A DNA stretch of 63,507 nt, the filler included, from Chiloscyllium plagiosum (Eukaryota), in NCBI RefSeq assembly GCF_004010195.1. It is 6 parts of 2 records of this genome, joined end to end, with 100 filler letters (N's around TTAATTAATTAA, not from the genome) between each part and the next. Parts side by side here need not be neighbours in the genome. Positions count along the whole stretch, not along the records: positions 1 to 8,946 come from NC_057715.1; positions 9,047 to 22,493 come from NC_057715.1; 4 more parts are not named here. The stretch is one strand, 5' to 3'. The translations under genes and the position numbers were made by a program. Under the pieces are notes generated by a model. The model saw only the letters and a list, made by a program, of their open reading frames with translations, ran no database searches and had not been told where the DNA came from. Positions within the stretch are counted from its first letter, which is position 1, and each line of letters opens with the position of its first letter. Positions 1-12,565 of the stretch are shown one piece after another.

Positions 1-367
1 CCTCCCCCTCCCCACCACATTGCAATGCTGCCCCCCTCCCCAACCATATCTCAATGACAGTAATGACAATGTGTCCTATGCTTTAATTTGTTCCCTCAAC
101 TTGCCCGCCTTGTTTGTCAGAGTCCTCGCTTATTGGCTGAAAGGTTATTTGAACATTTTCTGCCATTATTCAAAAGGTTAGGACTGAGGGAATTGCACAC
201 TGCTGAAGGCCAGTATCAGAGAGCACTGCACTGGCTGATAACAGAGACTACAAGGGACCATCTCCTCACTATCTCAAGAGAAGGTGCACCCACCAAGGTG
301 AGAAAGCTTTACAGTATAGAGGAGACCCTGCCTGTATTCCCATCCTTCTGCTCAGATTCTTGTTTAC

Positions 368-1137
368 CGGAGAGTTTCCTGAGCTTCCTCAGGCAGCCAG
401 CCCTTCCAGGCCTGCACCATTGCATCGTAGAGCCAGGCAGAGGACTCGTTACCGTGGATGAAGGGAGGAGGGAAGCTGTTGACTGGAGTGCTCTCATGAT
501 TGCCAACGGCTGGGTAGACAGCAACGTGGCCCAGGTATTTCTGGATGAGTCTGGTGATGGTGTTGAGAGCCGTGAGTTGGTCTTTCCGGGTCTGGTGCCA
601 GACATCATGAGCTGGAATATCCCCAGTCCAGTAGACCAGATCAAAGTGTCCAGGTTGAAGATGCTGTAGAAGGTTCTCGATGGTGTGGAGGGGAAGGTCA
701 CACTTGCTGTATTCACCCCACTTCCCAGCTCCTTTCCGATGGCTAGGGGGTAAACCCGAGCCCTTCCTGCAGCACAAGGGGTCCCGGCAGTCAGGGTTAC
801 TCCCTGGGATGTAATCTTTGTCCCAGTGAATGTCTGTGAGAAATAGTATCCTTGTGACAGGAGAACCAGGGAGGGGTGGCTTGGGGGGGATGACGGGAGG
901 CTTTGGTGTGTCAGGGAGTGTGACATTCCAGTCAGAGTAAATGTCCCAATGACCACAAACAACACCCAGGAACAAGCCACAGATCTCTGATGGCTTCAGG
1001 ATAGATTCAGTCCAGGCAATTATCACATCGTGTTTGAACAAGGCGACGGCCTGGACACAGATATCCGGAGGGGCCAGCTTTAACCGGACACACAGCTTCG
1101 AGGCAACAACAGCTACCTCGTCCATGTTACTGTTAAA
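368..1137 (-). CDS. SMPD1: Acid sphingomyelinase, internal exon 2 (end of saposin-B domain, Pro-rich linker, N-terminal metallophosphatase domain)
   Basis: Translation [16 protein letters not shown]...[15 protein letters not shown]...[11 protein letters not shown]...CDLP...[13 protein letters not shown]...[19 protein letters not shown]...[11 protein letters not shown] closely follows vertebrate SMPD1. Acceptor ttttttttaacag at 1138-1150 and donor gtaaac at 362-367. The exon is 770 bp, phase 0 to phase 2. Confidence 0.97.
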
Positions 1138-1889
1138 CTGTTAAAAAAAAACACCGATTAGCACAAAGCACCTTGATATAACAATCTATTACACAAATAT
1201 ATTCAGTCCCGATGAAGGGTCCTGCCCAAAATGTTGACTCTCCTGGCCCTTAGATACTGCCTGACTGGCTGTGCTTTTTCCAGTGCCATCTTTAATTGAG
1301 ATGTGAATTATTGAAGCTGGGTTGGTGATAATGATAATGTCAAGGGCACAGAAGTGGTTTTGTGGTTCAGTGGTTATTGCCCTGTCTGAGTGAGAAGCTC
1401 CACATTCGAGTCCCAGGATGGGGTTTTGGCCACACTATGCATTCGGAACAGGGCCAAACCTGCGAATTCTTCCAACACACATGCAGGAAGAATGGCTGAA
1501 GTCCTGCCTGAGCCACCTTTCCAGTTTTAGTTTTGAACTGGGTAGCAATGAATAACTGTCTCCCTGCTGAAGTTCCCCTCTCAACTGCCAATCTGGTTTA
1601 AACTTTCCCAAACAGCACTAGCAACCCCACCCCCACCCCGAAGACATTAGTCCCAGTCCTGTCCAGAAACAATCCATTCTACTTGGACTGATCTACTGAT
1701 CTAAACATTCCTGGGAAATTAGAGAGAGTGGTAAATTCAAAGAAAAGGCATACAAATTGGCCAGAAAAAAAAAACGACAGACCTAAGAAGTGGGAGCAGT
1801 TTAGAATTCAACAAAGGAGAATAGAAGGATTGATAAAGAAAAAAAAAGTGTAATAGTTAGCTTAGGGAAAACAATAAAACTGGCTGTCA

Positions 1890-2502
1890 GTATATGTGAA
1901 GCTGGATTTGGGGGCAATTGCGATTGGTCAGTGGGAAGGCTGGATCGGCTAGGTGATCAGGAAGATGGATAGGTTAGGTCAGATGAGGGAGGTGAGGAGG
2001 ATGGGTGAGGCTAGACATTGGGATAGGGCTGTTGAAGCCATTGGGCTGTAAGATCCCCAAGTGAAACATCAGGTGTTGTTCCTCCAGTTTCTGTTTAGCC
2101 CCACTCTGACAGTGCAGGAGGCCAAGGATGTTAGTGGGGGCAGGGGGGTGGGGGGAGATTAAAATGGATGATAACCGGAAGGTCAGGTTGGTTGATGCAT
2201 GAGAGCGCAGACCATGAACTGGTCCCTGAGTCTCCCCGATACAAAAGAGACCATATCAAGAGCAAAGAATGCAACAGATGAGGTTGGATGAAGTGCAGGT
2301 TGAATCTCTGTTGGATCTCCAGATCCTCCCTCCCACCCCACCCCATATACTTCTGGGCTCCCTCCCCTCCCAGCCCTGACAAAGGGTTTTGGCACACAAC
2401 ATTGACTTTCCTGCTCCTTGGATACGGTCTGACCTGCTGTGCTTTTCCAGCCTCACAGCTACTAACTCAGGCTTCTACCATCGGCAGTCCTTCACATCTC
2501 TA
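1890..2502. mobile_element. Old inverted Penelope-like element fragment (minus arm about 1890-2310, plus arm about 2315-2502)
   Basis: Similar to the PLE copies at 17237 and 54275. It splits the host CR1 between degenerate duplicated ataaaactggctgt and ataaaaactaactgt. Confidence 0.6.
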
Positions 2503-3443
2503 AGTCATAAAAACTAACTGTGAAGTTTTTTGTAGGTATATACAGAGAAAAAGATTGGTGAAGACAAATGTAGGTCTCTTGCAGTCAGAAAGAGGGGAAT
2601 TTATAATGGGAACAAAAGAAATGGCTGACCAACTAAGTACATCCTTTGGTTCTGTGATCACAAAGGAGGACACAAGCAACATATTAGAAATGTTGGGGAA
2701 CACAGGGTTTAGTGAGAGGGAGGAACTGAAGGAAATCAGTATTAGGACAAAAATGGTGTTGGGAAAATTGATGAGATTGATGGGACTGAAGGCAGATAAA
2801 TCCCCGGAGTCGAAGAATCTACTTCCAAGAGTAGATAAGGAAGTGACCAGAGAAATAGTGTGAGGATTGGTGGTGGTTGTCCAAGTTCCTAGAAACTCCT
2901 ACACAGATTGGGCAGGAGCTAATGTAATCTCACTTTAAAAAGGGAGATACAGAGAAAACAGGAACTATCAACCACTTAGCAGAACACTTGGAAAACAGTG
3001 GAAGGATTGGACAGAATCAACATGGATTTACAAAAGGGAAATCATACTTTGGAAATCGACTGGAATTCTTCAGGGATGTAACTAGTAGAGTTGATGGGAG
3101 GGTGGGGGTGGCAGAGTCAGTGGATGTGGTTTATTTAGATTTTCAACAAAGTTCCACCTAAGAGATTAATGTTTAAAATTAAAGTACAGGAGATCAGGAA
3201 TAGTGCACTGAGCTGGATAGAGAATAGATTGGCAGACAGGAAACAAACAGTAGGAATAAATGGGTCTTTTTCTAAATAGGAAGGCGGTGATTAGTGGGAT
3301 ATCACAGAGCTGTGTTTAGACCCTAGCTATTTACAATATACATTAATGAGTTAGATGAGAAAACTAAATGTAATATCCGCAAATTTGCAGCTGACAAAAA
3401 GCTGGGTGAGAGGGTGAGCGGTGAGGAGGTGCAGAGATGGCGT

Positions 3444-3632
3444 AGTCAGAAGGTACACGACACCAAGTTATAGTCCCACAGGTTTATTTGAAATCACAAG
3501 CTTTCGGAGCATCTGATGAAGGAGCAGTGCTCTAAAAGCTTGTGATTTCAAATAAACCTGTTGGACTATAACCTGGAGTCATGTGACTTCTGCCTTTCTC
3601 CACCCCAGTCCAATACCAGCACCTTCACATCC
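3444..3632. mobile_element. Short palindromic PLE-derived element with a tail on the right arm
   Basis: Arms at about 3444-3510 and 3527-3590 are reverse complements (ttatagtcccacaggtttatttgaaatcacaagcttt / aaagcttgtgatttcaaataaacctgttggactataa). Same terminus as 30150-30240 and 52709-52830. Confidence 0.75.
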
Positions 3633-4072
3633 CAAATGTGATTTAAACAGGTAGAGTGAGTGGGCAAATACTTAGCAATATAATATTTATAACCGGGAGG
3701 CTGTTCACTTTGGCAACAAATAACAGGGAGACAAATTATTATCTGAATGACTATAATTTGAGAAGAGGGGACTATGCAATGAGACCTGGGTGCCCTTGTA
3801 CACCAGTCACTGACGGTAAGCATTGCAGGTACAGCAGTTGGTGATGAAGGCAAATGATTCGTTGGCCTTCATAGTGAGAGGATTCAAGGGCAGGCACAGG
3901 GATGATTTGTTGTAATTATACAGAGCCTTGGTGAGACCACACCTGGAATATTGTGTACAGTTCTGGCCTCTTTATCTGAGGAAGGATGTTCTGTAATGCA
4001 GGGAGTATACCAAAGTTTCACCAGACTAATTCCTGGGAAAGCCATGACGGACCTTTAAGGAGGGGTTAAATC

Positions 4073-4391
4073 ATAGAATAGAATCCCTACAGTATGGAAA
4101 CAGGCCTCAGCCCAACAAGTCCACACCAACCTCCTCTGAACAGTAACCCACACAGACCCATTCCCCCGACCCTATATTTAGCCCTGACTAATGCACCTAA
4201 CCCTCACATCCTGAACACTATGGGCAATTTAGCACGGTCAATTCACCCTAACCTGCACATCTTTGTGACTGTGGGAGGAAACAGGAGCACCCAGAGAAAA
4301 CCCACACAGACAGACAGTCGCCCAAGGAGGGAATTCAACCTGGGTCCCTGGCTCTGTGAGGCAGCAGTGCTAACCACTGAGCCACCATGCT
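4073..4391 (-). mobile_element. HE1-like V-SINE, older subfamily
   Basis: Reverse complement of the tRNA-like head (ggtggctcagtggttagcactgctgcctcac), the V-domain and a LINE-derived tail. Confidence 0.85.
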
Positions 4392-5044
4392 GAACTGGAA
4401 TTCATAAGAATGAGGGGGCATTGCATAGAAATCTACAAAATTCTAACAGGACTAGACAGGATAGGTGCAAGAAGAATGTTCCTGAAGGTGAGGTGTCCAA
4501 AATCAGAGGTCCTGGTTTAAGGGTAATTAGTCAATCTTTTAGGGTTGAGATGAGGAGAAATTTCTTCATCCGGAGAGTGCCAAGCTGTTGAATTCACTGC
4601 CCCTTAAAAAAGTAAGGCCAAAATACTGTATGATTTCAAGAAGGAGTTTAATATAGCACTTGGGGCTAAAGGGATTAAAGTATAATATTTAAAGTATAAA
4701 AAGGGGAAACAGGAAGAGGCTATTGAGCTGGATGCTCAGCTATGATCATAATGAATGGGGGAAGCAGGCTCGAAGGGCAGAATGGCCTACTCCTGCTCCT
4801 ATGTTTCAGTGACAGGGCTGAGTTTGCAATTGTATTTGCTGGTGATAACAAATGGTCTGTCTGAGACATTGTTGTGGTTTGGTGTGGTTGAATAGCCTGT
4901 TCAGTCATTTGATTGGAAAGTGAAAAGACAGAATAAAGTTCTATCCTAATCCTCACAGGGTGCAAGAGCAGAGGAATCGAGGCATACGCGCACATGGATC
5001 TTTGAAGGTGGCAGAACACATTAAGCAAGTTGGATCCTCAGTCA

Positions 5045-5682
5045 TGTCTGACCCATCTTGGCTAATTCTGCCCTCACCCTTCCCCTCCTTCCCACAATGA
5101 AAATGGGGTTCCCCTTGGCCTCACTTTCCATTTCATCTACCTCCACGTTCAAACGATCACTCTCCGTTATTTTCACCATCTCCAGCAACAGGCAAACAAT
5201 CCCCTCCACTCCACTGCCAACATTTCTCCCTGACACCCGAGTCCACTCCTCCACCATTCAGAATATTTTCTCACTCTGCCATGGCATCTTTCCAATCCTC
5301 CATCTCAATACAGAGTGTCACAATCTCAGAGGCTGACCCCATGAGGTTTGTCCTCCACTTGTCTTCCATTCCTTTCACCACAACTCCCACCCACACCCTC
5401 ACTGGCTAGTCCTCTTTACCTTGTTCTCAGCCAAAATGACCCATTTTCATCCTTTCACACCTTATTTTACAATATTCTACATCTCCATTTCTCTTTCACC
5501 ACAATTAACAACCTTTACTCCTCCTCTACATGCTGAAAACATTTTTTAAAATCACCATTTTTCTACCCCTTTCTGTTAACTCTGTTCCCCTCTCCCCAAA
5601 TTTGCCAGTCCTGTTGCATTTCCCCAGCATTTTCCTCATTTGGTACAGAATTTCAGCATCTGCAGTATTTTGCTTTTATTTA
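5045..5682 (+). mobile_element. Highly decayed Penelope-like fragment
   Basis: Pyrimidine-rich sequence loosely similar to 54275-55089, ending with the tail cagcatctgcagtattttgcttttattt. Confidence 0.5.
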
Positions 5683-6025
5683 AGGAAGTAGTAAAGCATA
5701 CATATCCTTGTGTTGATAAGTAAGGGTATAAATTACAAAAGTGAGAAAATTATTTCCCATGTATTTAAACTACAGGTCTTTGTACTCAAGCTCCTGAGTG
5801 GGATGTGAACCCAGAACCTCACAACTCAAAGGGGAGCCAGCTACTCCTGAGCCACAAGCAAGAGCAGAAAAAGTGGGATGTTCCGGTATCTATGTTGAAG
5901 GTATATCCGTAAGGAGGAATATCAGGATTTTAATCCAGCAACAATGAAGGTTGTTCTGTCAGTGTTGAGCAACATTTGCAAATGATTCAACCCTGCTCTT
6001 CACTCTGGTGAGGGTGATGCTGCTA

Positions 6026-7294
6026 AAGGCTGGTCATGGCATTAATCAACTCCAGCCTCCCCACTACTCTTGACTCACTCCAATTTGCCTATCAGACCAA
6101 TGGATCCACGTCAGATGCCATATCACTTGTCCTTCAGTCCTCCCAAGAACATCTTAACACCAAGAACAGTTATGTAAGAATCCTACTCATTGACTATAGT
6201 CCAGCCTTCATCACTATTATCCCCTCGAGACTGATTACCAAACCTAGTGATCTCGGACTAAGCCCCACTCTCTGCAACTGGATCCTCAGTTTTCTGACCC
6301 ACATACCACAATCAGTGAAGATTGGGGACAATATTTCATCGTCACTAACACTCAACACTGAAGCCCCCCAGAAGTGCGTACTCAGCCCCCTATTGTACAC
6401 ACTGTATACCCATGACTGCGTCACCAAATACCAGACTAATGCCATTTACAGGTTCGCTGATGGCACCACCATAGTTGGTCGAATCTCAGATGGCAACGAA
6501 ACAGACTACAGACGGGAGGTGGAAGACCTGGGAAAATGGTGCACTGAGAACAACCCAGCTCTCAATGCCGGAAAAACCAAGGAACTCATTATTGACTTGC
6601 GGCAGGATGTTACTCATGCCCCCCCTACACATTAACAGCACAGAGGTGGAACGAGTGGAGAGTGTCAAGCTCCTGGGAGTGGTCATCCACAACAAGCTTT
6701 CTTGGACTCTCCGTGTGGACGCACTGGTTACAAAGGCCCAACAACATCTCTTCTTCCTCAGACAGCTGAGGAAATTTGGCATGACAGCGAATACCCCTGC
6801 CAACTTTTATAGGTGCCCCATCAAGAGCATTCTGTCTGGATGTATCACTACCTGGTTTGGCAACTGCACCATTCAAGATCGGAGATGGTTACAGAGAGTG
6901 GTGAACTCGGCCCGGACTATCACAAAGGCCAACCTCCCATCGATAGAATCCATCTACCAGGCCCGTTGTCAAGGAAAGGCCACCAGCATTCTCAAAGATC
7001 CATCCCACCCTGGCAATGATTTTTTCCAACTTCTACCATCAGGGAGAAGGTACAGAAGGCTGAACACATGCATCAGTTGGTTTCAAAATAGTTTCTACCC
7101 TACAGTTGGTACAAAACTGAAAGGACTCACAAACTCCTAACATTCGCCCGTACCTGTGTTTTTGTTTTTGTCACTGTTTACCTATTATTTACTATCGATG
7201 CTACTTAACTCTGTGACCTGCCTGTATTGCTCGCAAGACAAAGCTTTTCACTGTGCCTCGGCGCACGTGACAATAAATTCAATTCAATTCAATT
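6026..7294 (+). mobile_element. 5'-truncated Rex1/Babar-like LINE (RT plus C-terminus, frameshifted)
   Basis: LDSLQFAY...SDAI...YVRILLIDYSPAF...LSPLLYTLYTHDC...FADGTT, then LFFLRQLRKF...SILSGCITTWFG...DPSHP...LLPSGRRYR. Ends aataaa(ttcaa)n. Confidence 0.85.
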
Positions 7295-7869
7295 AACCTG
7301 GGTGAGACATGAAGATGGTACAGCTAGCTTGGGAGAGTCATACTGAGAAGAGAGTTCTGGGCTTCAGAGTAATAGAATTGAAAGCTGTGGGTATAGATAT
7401 AGACTGAGTCAACAGGCTCAGTGGACAATCTTGCATCACACCGAGAGAATAATGACAAACCACAAGATGATTTAATGTCCACAATTGCACATCACGCTTC
7501 AATTCCTGATTTTAGTTCCCATAAATGCCTAAACCAAACCCATTGCACAATTCACCCACAGATAAACTGTCAGCAATCTGTATGTCCAGCTAGTTTTCAT
7601 CTTACAAAATATGTATAAAATTGAACCAGTTGCATCTTTTCGCAAATAACAAATGTCATCACTTCTAGTTTTTAACTGTTTCCAATATAATTAAACTGAT
7701 CTAAAGAAATGTGTTTTTCTTATTTTAAAGCATTGTATCTTGAAAACAAGAAAACAAGGCTGGAGAAAGAATGCCAGGTGCTTAAAGAAAAACAATGATA
7801 TGATAAAACTGAATTATTTAAAAAATGATAACGTGATCAACAGAAAAAAGGAAAAGGATAAAAGTTAGT

Positions 7870-8768
7870 TTAGGGTGTAGGTTTGCTCGCTGAGCTGTAG
7901 GTTTGATATCCAGATGTTTCATTACCTGGCTAGGTAACATCATCAGTGGAGACCTCAAAGTGAAGTGAAGCTGTTGTCTCCTGCTTTCTATTTATATGTT
8001 TGTCCTGGATGGGGTTCCAGGGGTTTGTGGTGATGTCATTTCCTGTTCGTTTTCTGAGGGGTTGATAGATGGCATCTAGATCTATGTGCTTGTTTATGGT
8101 GTTGTTGTTGGAGTGCCAGGCCTCTAGGAATTCTCTGGCATGTCTTTGCTTAGCCTGTCCCAGGATAGATGTGTTGTCCCAGTCGAAATGGTGGTTTTTT
8201 TCATCCGTGTGTAGAGCTATGAGGGAGAGAGGGTCGTGTCTTTTTGAGGCTAGCTGGAGTTCATGTATCCTGGTGGCTAACTTTCTTCCTGTTTGTCCTA
8301 TGTAGTGTTTGTGGCAGTCCTTGCATGGAATTTTGTAGATGACGTTGGTTTTGTCCATGGGTTGTACTGGGTCTTTTAAGTTTGTTAGTTTTTGTTGGAG
8401 AGTGTTGGTGGGTTTGTGTGCTACTAGGATTCCAAGGGATCTCAGTAGTCTGGCTGTCATTTCTGAAACTATCCTGGGACAGGCGAAGCAAAGACATGCC
8501 AGAGAACTCCTAGAGGCCTGGCACTCCAACCACAATGCCATAAACAAGCACATAGATCTAGATGCCATCTATCAACCCCTCAGAAAACGAACAGGAAATG
8601 ACATCACCACAAACCCCTGGAACCCCATCCAGGACAAACATATAAATAGAAAGCAGGAGACAACAGCTTCACTTCGAGGTCTCCACTGATGATGTTACCT
8701 AGCCAGGTAATGAAACGTCTGGATATCAAACCTACACCCTAAACCTCAACCTGAGCTACAAACCTTCA
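7870..8768. mobile_element. Penelope/Poseidon-like element with inverted arms and a GIY-YIG endonuclease fragment
   Basis: Minus arm encodes NVIYKIPCKDCHKHYIGQTGRKLATRIHE. The plus arm (8469-8768) is an inverted copy of the 3' end. 12-bp TSD ATAAAAGTTAGT at 7858-7869 and 8769-8780. Confidence 0.92.
8682..8723 (+). ncRNA. Minimal type-I hammerhead ribozyme motif in a PLE terminal repeat
   Basis: TCCA-CTGATGA-T-GTTACCT-agcc-AGGTAAT-GAAAC-GTC-TGGA: conserved core, stem I TCCA/TGGA, stem II, palindromic ACGT in place of stem III. Inverted copy at 7909-7950 has GTC>ATC. Confidence 0.75.
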
Positions 8769-8946
8769 TAAAAGTTAGTGTTAAGGCCAGTATTCTTTCC
8801 ATGTTGCTCAGTGTTTTTGTTTATACAAAAGTTATAATGTTGTATTTGAGCAGATTTGCAGAGAGAGAGAGACACACACACAGGAAACCCCAAAGCAGAG
8901 AGAGGGGGGAGGGAGAGAGAGAGAAACCCCAAAACAGAGAGAGAGG

Positions 8947-9046
8947 NNNNNNNNNNNNNNNNNNNNNNNNNNNNNNNNNNNNNNNNNNNNTTAATTAATT
9001 AANNNNNNNNNNNNNNNNNNNNNNNNNNNNNNNNNNNNNNNNNNNN
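8947..9046. other. Assembly linker N44-TTAATTAATTAA-N44 (also at 22494-22593, 43218-43317, 53223-53322, 60987-61086)
   Basis: The same 100-bp construct occurs five times. The 12-mer gives stop codons in all six frames, so it is artificial. Confidence 0.97.
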
Positions 9047-9437
9047 ACCCCCCCAAGAGCACTAGCAAACCTCCCCCCAAGGATACTGGTGCCCCTCAGG
9101 TTCAGGTGTAGACCATCCTGTTTATAGAGGTCCCACTGTCCTGATGGCACCAGGAGTCATCCAGACATTACTACCTTCGAGGACCTCCTTATTAAATTCC
9201 TGCTTAACTTCCTATATTCTCTCCTCAGAAACTCTTCTAATGTCATTAGTTCCAATGTAGTCCCTCTCCCCTTTTAGAATAATCTGCACCCTTTCCATGA
9301 TACCCCTGATCCTGGCCAGGGAGCGAACACACTATTCTGATATCTTCGGCCACACAAACGTCTGTGTGTACCTCTGACTAGAGAGTCCCCTATCACAACT
9401 GATTGCTCGGAACGTAATGTACCGTTTACTAGCAATT

Positions 9438-9625
9438 TTTGAGAAGATTTGTAGCTCAGGTTGATGAGAAGTATATAAACTCGCTGAGCTCGAAGGTTTT
9501 TCAGAAGTTTCGTCACCATACTCGGTAACATCATTAATGAGAATCTCTGGTACGTCCTGCCTCTCTATTTATAGGTCTTGGTTTCTTAAAGTGGGTGATG
9601 TCATTTCAGTTTTTTTTCAAGGAAA
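9438..9625 (-). mobile_element. PLE 3' terminal fragment (Poseidon-like)
   Basis: agatttgtagctcaggttga...gtttcgtcaccatactcggtaacatcat is the reverse complement of the same terminus seen at 8680-8768. Confidence 0.7.
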
Positions 9626-10096
9626 GTTCTTACATCGAAGTGAATGACCTCGTACTTATACTTCATCTAGCATCAATTGCCACAAACTTAATCTTTCTAA
9701 ACTTTGGTGAGGAGAACTTAGAGGCTGCTGCTTACATACTGCCTGGATTTGTGTTGTCAGCAAATTTGGATGTATTGGTGTCTCAGTCATTAATATAGCT
9801 TGTAAACCATGATGAATTCCCAGAAGTAATCCCTGCAACACACCACTAAAAGCAGCCTGTCAGTATTAATACTGCATTTCCCCCACTGTCTATTTCCTAT
9901 CTATTCACCATTTCTGCATTTAAGCTAATATAACACAAATTCTTTGAAACCTAATCTTGTGTATTAACGTTTTGTGTGCCATGTATCAAATGCTTTTGGA
10001 AATTTGATTATTTATATCAATCAAGTTTGTGAGACATGATTTCCCACGCACAAAGCAATGTTGACTATCCCTAATCAGTCCTTGCCTTTACAAATA

Positions 10097-10790
10097 CATA
10101 GAACATAGAACAATACAGCACAGAACAGACCCTTCGGCCCACGATGTTGTGCCGAACATTTGTCCTAGCTTAAGCACCCATCCATGTACCTATCCAATTG
10201 CTGCTTAAAGGTCCCCAAAGATTCTGACTCTACCACTCCCACAGGCAGCGCATTCCATGCCCCCACCACTCTCTGGGTAAAGAACCCACCCCTGACATCT
10301 CCCCTGACATCTCCCCTATACTTTCCACCCTTCACCTTAAATTTATATTCCCTTGTAACACTCTGTTGCACCCGGAGAAAAAGTTTCTGACTGTCTATCT
10401 ATTCCTCTGATCATCTTATAAACCTCTATCAAGTCACCCCTCATCCTTCACCGTTCCAACGAGAAAAGGCTTAGCACTCTCAACCTATCCTCGTACGACC
10501 TATTCTCCATTCCAGGCAACATCCTGATAAATCTTCTCTGCACCCTCTCCAAAGCTTCCACATCTTTCCTAAAGTGAGGCAACCAGAACTGCACACAGTA
10601 CTCCAAATGTGGCCTAACCAAAATCCTGTACAGTTGCAACATCACTTCAATCCCTCTGCTAATGAACGATAATACTCCATAGGCCTTCTTACAAACTCTA
10701 TCCACCTGAGTGGCAACCTTCAAAGATCTATGTACATAGACCCCAAGATCCCTCAGTTCCTCCACCTGACTAAGAACCCTACCATTAACC
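10097..10790 (-). mobile_element. CR1 LINE 3' fragment with (TTCTATG)n tail
   Basis: LVRPHLEYCVQFW...ALERVQRRF translation; catagaacatagaa tail. Confidence 0.9.
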
Positions 10791-11060
10791 ATTAATCTTG
10801 TTTCTTATATTATCCTGTGAGCTAGGGAGGGTTAAATAAAGTGATTTAATAAAGACAGTTCATACTGACCATGTCTTACTCAGTGCAATACACAACAATT
10901 CTAGTGGCTTCTTGGACAGAATGACGAGATGGCTAAGATGTCAAGAAACATCTGAGGTGAGTTTTCCCCAATCATATCAACAGGCTTCAAAGCATAATTA
11001 CAAATTAATGCCAATCATACAAACACATGACCATCAGCTGCCTTCCTCCCCCAGCAGTCT

Positions 11061-12565
11061 ACCGCCTTCCCCATCTATCCCGTGCCTCCTGACTTTCCGC
11101 ATAAGCCTACCATGGGGAACCTTATCAAATGCCTTACTAAAATCCATGTATAGTACATCCACTGCTCTACCCTCGTCCACATGCTTGGTCACCTCCTCAA
11201 AGCAGTCAATCAGCCTTGTAAGGCAATACCGTCCCTTCACAAATCCGTGCTGGCTGTCCCTAATCAAGCAGTGTCTTTCCAGATACTCATAAATCCTATC
11301 CCTCAGTACCCTTTCCATTACTTTACCTACCACCAAAGTAAGACTAACTGGCCAGTAATTCCCAGGGTTATCCCTATTCCCTTTTTTGAACAGGGGCACA
11401 ACATTCGCCACTCTCCAGTCCCCTGGTACCACCACCGTTGACAGTGAAGACGAAAAGATCATTGCCAACGGTACTGCAATTTCCTCTTTTGCCTCCCACA
11501 TAATCCTAGGATATATCCCGTCAGGCCCGGGGGACTTGTCTATCCTCAAGTTGTTCAAAATGTCCAACACATCTTCCTTCCTAACAAGTATCTCCTCTAG
11601 CTTACCAGTCCGTTTCACACTCTCCTCTTCAACAATACGGTCCCTCTCGTTCGTAAATACTGAAGAAAAGTACTCATTCAAGACCTCTCCTATCTCTTCC
11701 GACTCAGTACACAGTCTCCCACTACTGTCCTTGATCGGACCTACCCCATTTTCTGTGGCTCCGCACAAAGGACGTCTTGCTGATCTTTGAGGGGCCCTGT
11801 TCTCTCCCTAGTTACCCTGTTGTCCTTAATGTATTTGCAAAAACCCTTTGGATTCTCCTTAATTCTATTTGCCAAAGCTATCTCATGTCCCTTTTTTGAA
11901 CTCCTGATTTCCCTCTTAAGTATACTCCTACTTCCTTTATACTCTTCTAAGGATTCACTCGATCTATCTTGTCTGTACCTTACATATGTTTCCTTCTTTT
12001 TCTTAACCAAACCCTCAATTTCTTTAGTCATCCAGCATTCCCTATACCTACTAGCCTTTCCTTTCACCCTAGCAGAAATATACTTTCTCTGGATTCTTGT
12101 TATCTCATTTCTGAAGGCTTCCCATTTTCCAGCCGTCCATTTACCTGCGAACATCAGTCCCCATTCAGTTTTTGAAAGTTCTTGCCTAAATTGGCCTTTC
12201 TCCAATTTAGAACTTCAACTTTTAGATCTGGTCTATCCTTTTCCATCACTATTTTAAATCAAATAGAATTATAGTCGCTGGCCCCAAAGTGCTCCCCCTC
12301 TGACACCTCAGTCACCTGTCTTGCCTTATTTCCCAAGAGTAGGTCAAGATTTGCACCTTCTCTAGTCGGTACATCCACATACTGAATCAGAAAATTGTCT
12401 TGTTCGTACTTAACAAATTCCTCTCCATCTAAACCTTTAACACTATGGCAGTCCCAGTCTATGTTTGGAAAGTTAAAATCCCCTACCATAACCACCCTTT
12501 TATTCTTACAGATAGCTGAGATCTCCTTACAAGTTTGTTTCTCAATTTCCCTTTGACTATTAGGG
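11061..12565 (-). mobile_element. Two adjacent CR1 ORF2 fragments (RT 11061-11746; endonuclease/tether 11747-12565)
   Basis: KSPGPDGIYP...PLFKKG...SQHGF...DFSKAFDKVPH and GDFNFPNIDW...LDLLL...SDYNSI. Confidence 0.9.

Larger units (their letters stand above)
1715..4805 (+). mobile_element. Decayed CR1-clade LINE (RT region to 3' end) interrupted by PLE and SINE insertions
   Basis: Frameshifted remnants of KADKSP, LDFQ, KFA(A)D and LVRPHLEYCVQFW; typical 3' end aatggcctactcctgctcctat. Confidence 0.8.

Noticed and set aside
88..980. ORFs 88-669(+) and 309-980(-)
   Set aside because: They are antisense or alternative-frame shadows of the SMPD1 exon with no recognisable protein.
8991..9002. TTAATTAATTAA repeated five times between N runs
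   Set aside because: It is an artificial scaffold linker, not biological sequence.
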